A stretch of 64,000 bases of DNA from an uncultured Actinomycetes bacterium (GTDB lineage: Bacteria > Actinomycetota > UBA4738 > HRBIN12), in contig CAWHTI010000002.1 of NCBI GenBank assembly GCA_963832225.1, positions 298 through 64,297 on the forward strand. The letters run 5' to 3'. Position 1 is the stretch's first letter; every line of letters begins with the position of its first letter. Both the position numbers and the translations under genes were made by a program. The notes under the pieces are model-generated. The model made no database searches. It was not told the origin of the DNA and saw only the letters and a program-made list of their open reading frames with translations. Of this stretch, positions 1-10,055 are shown piece by piece.

Positions 1-1093
1 GTCGCCTTCACCGGCGCCCGGTCCGGTGGGGTCTCCTACCGGTGGGAGTTCGGCGACGGCGCCACGTCGACCGAGGCGAACCCGCGGCACACCTACGCCC
101 GCGCCGGCACCTACACCGCGAAGCTGACCGTCACGTACGCCGACGGCGAGACGGCGACGACGCAGACGACCGTCACCGTCGGCTGCGCGGTGCCGGACAG
201 CCGGGCCACGGTGTGGCTGGGCGACGCCGACACCGGTGTGGCCAACCGCCCGGCCGGCGGCGGCTGCACGATCAACGACCTGATCGACGACGAGAGCGCG
301 TGGGCCGACCACGACGGCTTCGTCCGCCACGTCACCGCGGTCGCCGACGGCTGCGGCCGACGGCGTCCTCACGGCACGGGAGACCGGGGCGCTGACCCGC
401 GCGGCCGCGGCGTCCGACATCGGCCGGCCGGGCCACACCGGATACCAGCCGATCTTCGACGGCACCGCCGAGTCGTTGCGGGGCTGGCAGCAGGCGCCGT
501 CGGGCTCGTTCGCGCTCCAGCCGGACGGCTCGCTGCGGACCATCGGCGGGCTGGGCATGCTGTGGTACACCGACAGCCGTTCGGTGACTTCTCGCTGAAG
601 CTGCAGTTCCGCGACGTGGCACCGGGCACCGGCCGCTCCAACAGCGGGGTGTTCACCCGGTTCCCGGATCCGCGCATCCCGCTGGAGCAGCGCCCGCCGG
701 GTAGCTGCGGCACGCTCGGCCCGGCCCGGACCTCGCCGGCGTGGGTCGCGATCTACTGTGGACACGAGATCCAGATCTACGACGGCGAGACCGGCGAGCC
801 GCAGAAGACCGGATCGATCTACAACTTCGACCCGTTGCCGCTGCCCGGCGCCCGGCGCGACGCCGAAGGGCCAGTGGAACGACTACGAGATCCGCGTCGT
901 CGGGCAGCACTACACGATCATCCGCAACGGCGTGGTGATCAACGAGTTCGACAACACGCCCGGCAAGCAGTCCTCGCGCCCCAGCGACCCGCCGACCGAC
1001 CTGCGGCAGTTCGCCAGCGGCTTCATCGGCCTGCAGAACCACGGCGACAACGACCTGATCGAGTTCCGCAACATCCGGGTGCGAGCGCTGTGA
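1..1093 (+). pseudogene. Secreted PKD-domain / DUF1080 (3-keto-disaccharide hydrolase-like) protein; 5' end lies outside the window; frameshifted as sequenced
   Basis: Frame 1 from nt 1 reads a PKD-like module (YRWEFGDGATSTEANPRHTYARAGTYTAKLTVTYADGE). ORF 758..1093 ends GQWNDYEIRVVGQHYTIIRNGVVINEF..GFIGLQNHGDNDLIEFRNIRVRAL*, a DUF1080 signature. Homology hops frames near ~350, ~570 and ~860. Confidence 0.7.
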
Positions 1094-1156
1094 CGGGTCG
1101 GTCGCTCGTTCGACCGACCGGCCTCGACTCGTCCGTGCTCGCTCGGACGCCGCTGC

Positions 1157-1560
1157 ATGGCGTCCCGGCTGTGGCGTCGCTGCTCCGCGGCGTCCGGCTG
1201 CGCTCCGCGGCGCGCCGCGGCGCAGGTGCTGACCTGGACCGCGGACGACGACATCACCCGGTACAGGTCCGCGCCGACGCAGGCCGTGGCCGGTGCGACG
1301 ACGATCGTCTTCGAGAACAGCGCGGCGACCGGGAACACCACCGGCATGCCGCACACGCTGACCTTCGACACCACCACCGAGGGCTACAACCACGACGTCA
1401 ACCTGAACATCCTGGCCAGCCCGTTCGACCCGAACAACGGGCGGCACGAGGTGACGGTGACCCTCACGCCGGGCCGGTACCGCTACTTCTGCGCGATTCC
1501 CGGCCACGCGCGATGGTCGGCGAGTTCGTGGTCACCGGGGGCGGGCGGAGCTGTGGGCAC
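1157..1560 (+). pseudogene. Cupredoxin (azurin/plastocyanin-like) domain protein; boundaries uncertain
   Basis: ORF 1157..1609 contains TIVFENSAATGNTTGMPHTLTFD..GRYRYFCAIPGHA and continues as MVGEFVV in another frame, an azurin-type Cys..His..Met copper-ligand pattern. There is a frame hop near ~1508 and the stop is unclear. Confidence 0.45.
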
Positions 1561-1568
1561 CGCGAGCG

Positions 1569-2990
1569 TCAGGGCAGGGTACCGGCCAGGCGGAGCAGCA
1601 GGGCCTTGACGTCGGTGGCGGCGAACCGGTCGGCCCCGAGGCGGCCGAGCAGAGCGGCACCGGTGAGCTCGGCCGCCGGGCGTCGGCCGCCGGGCGGGCA
1701 GCCGGCCGTGCGAGCCGCGGACCGCGCGCGGCGCCGGCGTCGAGGCCGACCACGTTCATCAGGTAGCGCATGCCGAGCTTCTTGCGCAGCCAGCGCCATG
1801 CGCGGCCCGGCGCCTTGGCCGCGCCCGGGCCGGCCGGGTCGAAGAACAGCTCGGCCGGGTCGTAGCCGGGCTTGCGGTGGATCTCGACGCAGGCGGGCGA
1901 AGTCGGGCGCGCGGCGCGTCGTCGAGCCAGTAGTAGTAGGTGAACCAGGCGTCCGGCTCGGCGACCAGCACCAGCTCGCCGGCGCGCTCGTGGTCCAGGC
2001 CGTGCGCGGCCTTGCCCGGCGTCGTCGAGCACCTCGGCCACGCCGGGCAGCTCGGCGCAGAGCTTCGCCACCGCCGGCGACGTCGGCCGGGTCGCGCGAC
2101 GTAGACGTGGGCGACCTGGTGGTCGGCGACGGCGAACGCCCGCGACGTCCACGGGTCCAGGTACTCCATGCCGTCCTGGGTGTACACGCTGCAGCAGCCC
2201 CTCGGCGCGCAGCAGCCCGGTTGACGTCGCACCGGCCGGCGACACGTCGGTGATGCCGTACTCGGACAGCGCCACGACGGTCGCGCCCCGGGCCGCGGCG
2301 GCGTCGAGCAGCGGGCCGAGCACCGCGTCCAGCTCGGCGGCGGCCGCGGCGGCCTGCGGCGCGGACGGGCCGAACCGCTGCAGGTCGTAGTCGAGGTGCG
2401 GGACGTAGACCAGGGTCAGGTCCGGGTCGTGGTCGGCCATGACCTGCTCGGCGCGCGCCGGCAGATCCAGCGCCGACGAGGCGATGCCCGGCGCCCGGGC
2501 CCCAGTAGCTGAACAGCGGGAACGTGCCGAGCGTCGCGGTGAGCTCGTCGTGCAGCTCCGGCGGGTACGGTGTAGCAGTCGGGCTCCTTGCGGCCGTCGG
2601 CGTGGTAGATCGGCCGCGGGCGTGACGGTCCAGTTCGACGTCGGCGCCCATCGCGTACCACCAGCAGACGTTGGCCACCGTGTAGCCGGGCCGGTCGCCG
2701 GCGGGCCGCGTGCCACAGCTTCTCGCCGCCGACCAGCGCGTTGTGCTGCCGCCACAGCAGCACCTCGCCGAGGTCGCGGAAGTACCAGCCGTTGCCGACG
2801 ATGCCGTGCCCGGCCGGCGGCGCGCCGGTGAGGAAGCGTCGACTGCACCGAGCAGGTGACCGCGGGCAGCACGGTGCCGAGCGGGGCCGGTGAAGCCGCC
2901 GTCGGCGACGGCCCGCAGCCGGGGCATGTGCGCCAGCAGCCGCGGGGTCAGCCCGACGACGTCGAGCACGACCAGCGGGCTTGGCGTCAC
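1569..2990 (-). pseudogene. eboF: EboF-like alkaline-phosphatase-superfamily nucleotide pyrophosphatase/phosphodiesterase, heavily frameshifted
   Basis: It starts MTPSPLVVLDVVGLTPRLLAHMPRL (GTG at 2990). Pieces GIVGNGWYFRDLGEVLLWRQHNAL, FSYWGPGAG, DPDLTLVYVPHLDYDLQRFGP, ALSEYGI and EIHRKPGYDPAELF are spread over all three minus frames. It lies directly after eboE. Confidence 0.7.
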
Positions 2991-4147
2991 TGCGCGTCAC
3001 GGCTCGCAGGCCGAGGTCGGTGCAGCTCGGTCGCGGGCGAAGGCCAGCTCGGCGGCGATGCCGGCGGCGAGCCCGGCCGGCGTCGTCCGGGCGCAGCGCC
3101 GCCGGCAGCACGCCCCAGGTGTAGGTCTCGACCTCGAGGTGGTCGCAGCGCGGCGGGCCCGCCGAGCAGCGCGGCCAGGGCGTCGCGCAGCACGGCGGTG
3201 GTCGTGCGCAGCGGCGGCACCGGCGGCGGCGTGCAGCGGCACGTGGAAGTGCACCCGCCACGGGCCGGGCGCGCCGGCGGCCAGCGCCTCGTCCAGGTCG
3301 TCGAAGGCGGCGCCGCCGCGCGGCCGCGGGTCTGGTGCAGGAAGCGCGGCTCGACGTACTCGCGCGAGCACCGTCGCGCGGCCGCGACCGGGTCGTCGAC
3401 CTCCAGCGCGGCCGACACCTGGACCTTGACGACCGGCAGGCCGGCGCCGCGCAGCCGGGCGACGGCCGTCGGCCGGGTCCTCCCAGGCGCAGGCCAGGTG
3501 CGCCAGGTCCAGGCAGACGCCGAGCCGGTCGGTGTCCACGCCGGACAGATGCGCGACCGCCTGCGTCGGTGGTCTCGACGACGCAGCCCGGCTCCGGCTC
3601 GAACGCGACCCGGACCGCCGGCCGGTCCAGCCGCGGCGGCCAGCCCGGCGGCGAGCTCGTCGAGCAGCGCGCGCGCGGCGGCGCCGGCCGCTCGGCGTCC
3701 CACGGCTCGCGCCAGGCCAGCGGCAGCGTGGAGATCGAGCCGCGGGCGGCGTCGTCGGGCAGCAGGTCGGCCAGCACCGGCGCCAGGTCCAGGGTGTACG
3801 CCAGCCGTGCGCGGGTCGGTCCAGTCCGGCTGGTAGACGGCGTGCTTGACCACCGGCTCCTGGAAGGCCTGGTACGGGAACCCGTTGAGGGTGACCACCT
3901 CCAGCCCGCGGGCGTCCAGCTCGCGGCGCAGCCGCCGCCGCAGCGCCGCGGTCGGCGGCCAGCCCGGCGGCGACCGGCGCGGCCAGCCACAGGCCCGAGG
4001 CCGAGCACGTCGGCGCCGAGCCGCTCGCGGACCGGCACCGCGTACGTGTCGAGCTGGCGAGCGATGCCGGCGAGGTCCTCGGCGGGGTGCACGTTGGTGC
4101 AGTAGGCGAGGTGCACGCGTCTGGCCGTCGGGGTGCCGCAGCCGCAT
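2987..4147 (-). pseudogene. eboE: EboE-type xylose-isomerase-like TIM-barrel protein, frameshifted
   Basis: Pieces are MRLRHPDGQT then VHLAYCTNVHPAEDL..VVTLNGFPYQAFQEPVVKHAVYQPDWT..VAFEPEPGCVVET..LGVCLDLAHLACAWEDP..VVKVQVSAALEV..EPRFLHQTR. The ATG at 4147-4145 overlaps the TatD stop (TGATG). There are at least 4 frame hops, and the 3' end is uncertain within 2987-2997. Confidence 0.75.
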
Positions 4148-4994
4148 CACGTGCCGCCGCGCAGGATCGAGTTGCCCGCGAAGGTCGGCCGTCGCCGGCC
4201 GCCGTGCGCTCGTCGGACAGGTCGAGCCGGCCCGGACTGGCCGTAGAACTCGACCGGGTTGCGCCACAGCACCCGGTCGACGTCGTCGTCGGCTGAACCC
4301 GGCCGCGAGCATCGCCTCGCCGGTGCGCCGGGTCAGCAGCGGGTCGGAGCTGGCCCCAGTCGGCGGCCGAGTTGACCAGCATCCGCTCCAGGCCGTACTC
4401 CGCGCAGGATCGCGACCATCCGCGGCGGCGACATCTTGGTGTCCGGGTAGATGGAGAAGCCCATCCAGCAGCCGGAGTCCGCGACCAGCGCCGACGGTCA
4501 CCTCGTTGAGGTGGTCGAGCAGCGACCCGGCCCGGGTCGATGCCGGACTCCTTGACCACGTCGAGGCGTGCGCCGGGTGCCGGCGGCCTTGTCCCGGTGC
4601 GGGGTGTGCACCAGCGCGGGCAGCTCGTGCGTCGACCGCCAGCGCCAGCTGGGCGGCGAACGACCTCGTCCTCGGCCGGCGTCATCGAGTCGTAGCCGAT
4701 CTCGCCGACCGCGACCACGCCGTCCTTGTCCAGGTAGCGCGGCAGCAGGTCGAGCACCTCGCGGCAGCGCGGGTCGTTGGCCTCCTTGGGGTTGAGCGCG
4801 ATCGTGGCAGTGGTGCCGGATGCCGAACTGCGCCGGCCCGGAACGGCTCCCAGCCGATCAGCGAGTCGAAGTAGTCGGCGAACGAGCCCGGCGTTGGTGC
4901 GCGGCTGGCCCAGCCAGAACGCCGGCTCCACCAGGGCCCGCACCCCGGCGGCGGCCATCCGCTCGTAGTCGTCGGTGGTGCGCGAGGTCATGTG
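4147..4994 (-). pseudogene. eboB: TatD-family hydrolase (EboB-like), 5'-truncated at the mosaic junction and frameshifted
   Basis: Pieces are HMTSRTTDDYERMAAAGVRALVEPAFWLGQPRT..IALNPKEANDPRCREVLDLLPRYLDKDGVVAVGEIGYDSMTPAEDEV..LDVVKESGIDPGRV..ERMLVNSAADWG..TFAGNSILRGGT*. Homology ends at ~4994, so the extreme N-terminus (first His of the HxH motif) is missing. Confidence 0.7.
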
Positions 4995-5138
4995 CTCCAT
5001 CATCGCCGCGAGTCCATCGAGCGAATTTCTGAACCATAAACGACACTAGAATGATGATTTTGCTAGTGTCCTTATCGAAGCCGAAGTTCGCTCTGAAGAT
5101 GCTGCGAAGTAAGGTGAACTTCGGCTTCGGGACACTAG
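4995..5138. repeat. Nested-palindrome intergenic repeat, left copy, truncated at the junction; inverted relative to 15848-16014
   Basis: 5063-5138 (ctagtgtcc..ggacactag) is a 76-nt hairpin, preceded by a 13-nt AT-rich spacer and the distal arm of a second hairpin (..gcgaatttctgaaccataaacgacactag). It aligns with the reverse complement of 15848-16014 but lacks about the first 27 nt. Confidence 0.85.
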
Positions 5139-5198
5139 CCTCGCGCATCAACAACGAGGTGCCCGTGTCCACGGGCCATAACATTCAGGGAGCGGCCG

Positions 5199-6248
5199 AT
5201 GGTTGCCTCAAGCGTCGTGGTGCCGAAGAGCGGCCTTTATGCCGAGCCGCGCGCAGACTGGCTTGCGTCGTACAGTGAGGAGGTCATCGATCCCGCGCGC
5301 CGCATCATCGACGCGCATCATCACCTCTGGGACCGCCAGGGCGGCCGCTACCTGCTGGAGGAGCTGACGGACGATATCGCCAGCGGCCACAACATCGTCG
5401 CCACCGTCTATGTCGATTGCCGCTCGATGTATCGCGCGAACGGACCCGAGGCGTTCAAGCCGGTCGGTGAGGTCGAGTTCGCCAACGGCGTTGCGGCGCA
5501 GAGCGCGAGCGGCGGCTACGGCAAATGCGCGGTCAACGCGGCGATCGTCAGCCACGTCAACCTGCAGCTTGGCGACGACGCAAAGCCGGTGCTGGAGGCG
5601 CAGATCAAGGCGGGCAATGGCCGCTATCGCGGCATCCGCCACTCATCGGCCTGGGACGCGAGATCCGGCCGTGGCCGGCGCCTATGCGGCGCGGCCGAAG
5701 GGGCTGCTTGCCGATCCGCAGTTCCGAAAGGGTTTTGCCTGTCTCGGTCCGCTCGGGCTGACGTTCGACGCCTGGCTGTTTCATCCGCAGATTCCGGAGC
5801 TCGCCGATATTGCCCGCGCGTTTCCGAACCAGCGCATCGTCATGGACCATTGCGGCGGCCCGGCAGGGCTTGGCGTCTACGCGGACGTCGCGACGAGATC
5901 TTCAAGACCTGGAAGGCCTCGGTCGAGGACATCGCCAAATGTCCGAACGTCGTCGTCAAGCTCGGCGGGCTGGCGATGATGCTGCTGGGCTATGATTTCC
6001 ACACGCGGCCGAAGCCGGTGTCGTCGGAAGAGCTGGCGAAGGCATGGAAGCCTTACATGGAGACCTGCATCGCCGCGTTCGGCCCGAACCGCTGCATGTT
6101 CGAGAGCAACTTTCCGCCGGACAAGGGCCAGTGCAGCTATCAGGTGATCTGGAATGCGCTGAAGCGCATTGCTGCGCCCTATAGCGAGGCCGAGAAGAAC
6201 CGCATGTTTGAAGGGACGGCCGCGGAGGTCTACAAGATCAGCCTTTAG
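5199..6248 (+). pseudogene. Amidohydrolase-2 family metal-dependent hydrolase, two frame hops
   Basis: Pieces are IIDAHHHLWDRQGGRYLLEEL..NIVATVYVDC..RYRGIRHSSAWD, then (other frame) PAVAGAYAARPKGLLADPQFRKGFACLGPLGLTFDAWLFHPQIPELADIARAFPNQRIVMDHCGGP, then back to FKTWKASVEDIAKCPNVVVKLGG..CMFESNFPPDKG. Confidence 0.8.
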
Positions 6249-6285
6249 CGGATGCGCATCCAACCGGCTGAGCGGAGGACGAGTC

Positions 6286-6690
6286 ATGGCAGACAAGACA
6301 CCACTGGCGCCGGCGCTCGTCAACGAGTTCGTCGGCAAGGCGCATGGCGATCTCGACCGCGTGCGTGAGCTGCTCGGGCAGCATCCCGCGCTCGTCAACG
6401 CGGCCTGGGACTGGGGCGACGGCGACTGGGAGACCGGGCTTGGCGCGGCCGCTCATGTCGGGCCGGCGCGACATCGCGCTCCATCTCATCGAGAACGGCG
6501 CGCGCATGGACATCTTCGCCGCCGCGATGCTCGGCCATCTCGAGATCGTCCGCGCCATGATCGAGGCGGTTCCGGCAGCGCGCGGCAGTGGCGCGGCCCG
6601 CACGGCATTCCGCTCCTGACACATGCGGAGGCGGGCGGACCTGCGGCTGCGGCCGTCGTGGATTATCTGCGCGCCAAAGCCGGCGCCTGA
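6286..6690 (+). pseudogene. Ankyrin-repeat protein, two frame hops
   Basis: Pieces are MADKTPLAPALVNEFVGKAHGDLDRVRELLGQHPALVNA..TGLGAAAHVG, then RRDIALHLIENGARMDIFAAAMLGHLEIVRAMIE in another frame, then PHGIPLLTHAEAGG..VVDYLRAKAGA*. Confidence 0.6.
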
Positions 6691-7526
6691 TGGGGATGAC
6701 GATGAACGTTTTGACCAACGCGGTCACCAAAGAATATGCCGACGGCAAGTTGCTGCAGTCGATCGGCGACGGCATCGGCGATCCTGACCTTCAACAATCC
6801 GGAAAGGCTCAACGCGATCTCGGTGGAGATCGCCGCGGGGCTTGCCGAAGCGCTGACGGCGATGAAGGACGATCCCGCCGTGCGCGTGCTGATTCTGACG
6901 GGCGCGGGCGAAAAGGCCTTCATCTCGGGCGGCGACATCAGCCAGTTCGACAAGACCCGGCCGAATGCGGAGGTCGCGGCAAAATCGGCGGAAAAATTTC
7001 GCGAGCGGCAGGCGCTGCTCGCCAATTTTCCAAAGCCGACGATCTCGGCGATCCGCGGCTATTGCCTCGGCGGCGGCCTGGGCGTCGCGCTCAACACGGA
7101 TATGCGCATTGCCGCGCACGGCAGCAGGTTCGGCATTCCGGCCGCGCGGCTCGGCATCGCCTATGGTTTCGACGGCCTGCAGCGGCTGATGTCGCTGGTC
7201 GGCCCGTCGCGGGCGCGGCTGATCCTCTTCACCGGCAACGCGTTTTAGTGCCGAGGAGGCGCTGAGCTTCGGCCTGATCGACAAGCTCGTGGCGCCGGAG
7301 GAGCTCTGGCCCGAAACGCTGGCGATCGCAAGGCAGATTTCCGAGAACGCGCCGCTGGCGATTTCGGCGGCGAAGATCACGATCGGCGAAATCCTGAAGG
7401 ATCACGACAGGCGCAACATGCAGGCGATCGCCGACATCGCGACGACAGTGCATGGACAGCGAGGATTTTCGCGAAGGCCGGCGCGCATTCATGGAAAAGC
7501 GCACGCCGAAATTCGTCGGCCGCTAG
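6690..7526 (+). pseudogene. Enoyl-CoA hydratase/isomerase (crotonase) family, at least 3 frame hops
   Basis: Pieces are ILTFNNPERLNAISVEIAAGLAEAL..VRVLILTGAGEKAFISGGDISQF..AIRGYCLGGGLGVALNTDMRIAA..FGIPAARLGI, then AEEALSFGLIDKLV..APLAISAAK, then SEDFREGRRAFMEKRTPKFVGR* in successive frames. Confidence 0.8.
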
Positions 7527-7549
7527 TCATCCTGAACGGATCAACAGCA

Positions 7550-9900
7550 ATGCAGGACATCAAGTACGGCCGCGTGGTGCACCGGCGCGAGGATTTTCGC
7601 CTGACGCAGGGCAGGGGCATTTATGCGGCCGACGTGTCGCTCGACGGCATGACCCATGCGGTGTTCGTGCGCTCGCCGCATGCGCATGCGCGGATCAAGG
7701 CGATCGATACCGCGGCGGCCCGCAAGGCGGCCGACGTGGTGGCAGTGTTTACCGCGGCCGACCTCGACGCCGATGGCGTGCGCGATTGCAGCCTGCCGGC
7801 CAAAATGAAGCGGCCGGGCGGCGACCGAGGCGACCGAGACGCCGCGCCCGCCGCTGGTGCGCGACTGCGTGCGTTTCCTCGGCGAGCCGGTGGCGATGGT
7901 GGTCGCGAAATCGCTCAGCGCCGCGCGCGACGCCGCCGAACTGGTGGATGTGCGACTACGAGCCGCTGCCGGCGGTCGCGACGATTGCCGAGGCCACCGC
8001 AAAAGGCGCGACCGCGGTGTGGGATGCGACGGCCAGACAACGTCGCCTATCACTGGAGCAAGGGCGACGCGGCGGAGATCGAGCAGGCGCTGCAGGCCTC
8101 GCATCACGTCGTCCGCCTGACTTTCACGTCGAGCCGCGTCTCGGCGAACCCGATGGAGCCGCGCAGCGCCGTCGGCCCACGTGGACAAGGACGGCCGGCC
8201 GACGCTGCATGTCAGCTACCAGAGCCCGCACAATCTGCGCGATGCGCTGGCCACCATGTTCGGCATGGAGAAGAACGCGCTGCGGGTGGTCGCGACCGAC
8301 GTCGGCGGCTCGTTCGGCATGAAGTCCGGCCTGGTGCGCGAAGAGTTGATCGTGTTCTGGGCCGCGCGGAAGCTGAAGCGGCCGGTGAAGTGGGTCGCGG
8401 ACCGCTCGGAAGCCTTCCTGTCCGACGAGCATGCGCGCGACATCGAGATCAACGCGGCGCTCGGCCTCGACAAGCGCGGGCATTTCACCGCGCTGCGCGT
8501 CAGCTACCGCGTCAACATCGGCGCATACCTTTCGGCGCGCTCCGCTTCGCCGATCAACAATTTCGGCGGCATCGCCGGCGTCTATCGCACGCCGAAAATC
8601 CTCGGCGAGGCCACCGGCATCTTCACGAACACCTCGCCGACGGCGCCTTATCGCGGCGCCGGCCGGCCCGATGCGACCTACGCCATCGAGCGGCTGATCG
8701 ATGTCGCGGCGCAGGAGATGGACATCGATCCGTTCGAGCTGCGCAAGCGCAACCTGATCCCGCCCGACGGCGATGCCCTACAAGACGCCGTTCGTCTTCA
8801 CCTATGACTGCGGCGATTTCGTCAAGGGCATGGAGAAGGCCGCCGAGCTCGCGCGCTACAAGGAGTTTGCCGGCGCGACGCAAGGAGGCGAAGAAGCGCG
8901 GCAAGCTGCGCGGCATCGGCATCGCCAACCCGATCGAGGTCGCGTCCGGCCCGTTCGCGCGGCCGAGCACCGATTTCGCCTGGATCGAGGCGAAGGCCGA
9001 CGGCAGCGTCCGTGCTGCGCGCCGGCGCCATGTCGGTCGGGCAGGGGCTGGAGACGTCGCTCTCCGACATCGTCGCCCAGCGGCTCAACGTGCCGATCGA
9101 GAAGATCGACTACGTCTATGGCGACACCGACCAGGTGCCGCGCGGCAAGGGCAATGGCGGCTCGGCGGCGCTGACGCTGGGCGGCTCGGCGATCTCGCTC
9201 GGCGTCGACAAGCTGCTGGAGCAGGGCAAGCAGCTCGCCGCCAACCGGCTCGAGGCGTCGCGTCGCCGACATCGAGTTCGCCGAAGGCCGATTTCGCATC
9301 GCCGGCACCGACCGCTCGCTGTCGCTGGCCGACGTCGCGGCGCTGACCGGCAACGACGAGGGCCTGACCGGCGTCGGCGAGTTCAAGATGTCCCAGCCGA
9401 CCTATCCGAACGGCTGCCACATCTGCGAGGTGGAGATCGATCCGGACACCGGCGTGGTCGAGGTGATCGGCTACGTCGGCGTCGAGGATGTCGGCCGCGT
9501 GCTGCATCCGGCGTTCGTCGAGGGCCAGATCCACGGCGGCGTCGCCCAGGGCATGGGCCAGGTGCTGCAGGAAGCGATCGTGCACGAAGCCGGCACGGCG
9601 CAGCTGCTGACCGGCTCGTTCATGGATTACGCGATGCCGCGCGCGAACGACCTGCCGAACTTCGTCTGCGCCAATGTCGAGGTGCCGACGGCGCTCAATC
9701 CGCTCGGCGTGAAGGGCGTCGGCGAGGCCGGCACGGTGGGCGCGATGGCCGCGACCATGAACGCGATCTGCAACGCGCTGGCCAGCGTCGGCATCCGCCA
9801 TTTCGACATGCCGGCGACGCCGGAGCGGGTGTGGCAGGCGATCCAGCGAACGCCGTGCCGCCGAATAGACGGCAGCAGCCCGGTCGGCTTAACCAGCTGA
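7550..9900 (+). pseudogene. Xanthine dehydrogenase/aldehyde oxidase-family molybdopterin-binding large subunit (CoxL-like), many frame hops
   Basis: Pieces are MQDIKYGRVVHRREDFRLTQGRGIYAADVSLDGMTHAVFVRSPHAHARIKAID..RVSANPMEPRSAVG..ATDVGGSFGMKSG..YRGAGRPDATYAIERLID..GAMSVGQGLETS..GKGNGGSAAL..EVEIDPDTGVVEV..GQIHGGVAQGMGQVL..NPLGVKGVGEAGTVGA. These are scattered over all three plus frames. Confidence 0.85.
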
Positions 9901-10055
9901 ATTGTTGCGATAAAATTGACAGCGCCGGCCTCTTGCGGTTTTTCCCGGTCTTGAGGACAATGCGTCCGGCGGCCCGGCTGATTTGGGCCGGGGGGCCGCC
10001 ATCGGACGATGGCGTGGTATCTCTCAAGTCGTTCTTGTTCAGGCTGGACCTTTCG

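Noticed and set aside
1569-4994. The ebo genes as the hoped-for undescribed system
   Set aside because: The ebo cluster is already described in the literature. Only the arrangement (TatD next to eboE) and the truncation are noteworthy.
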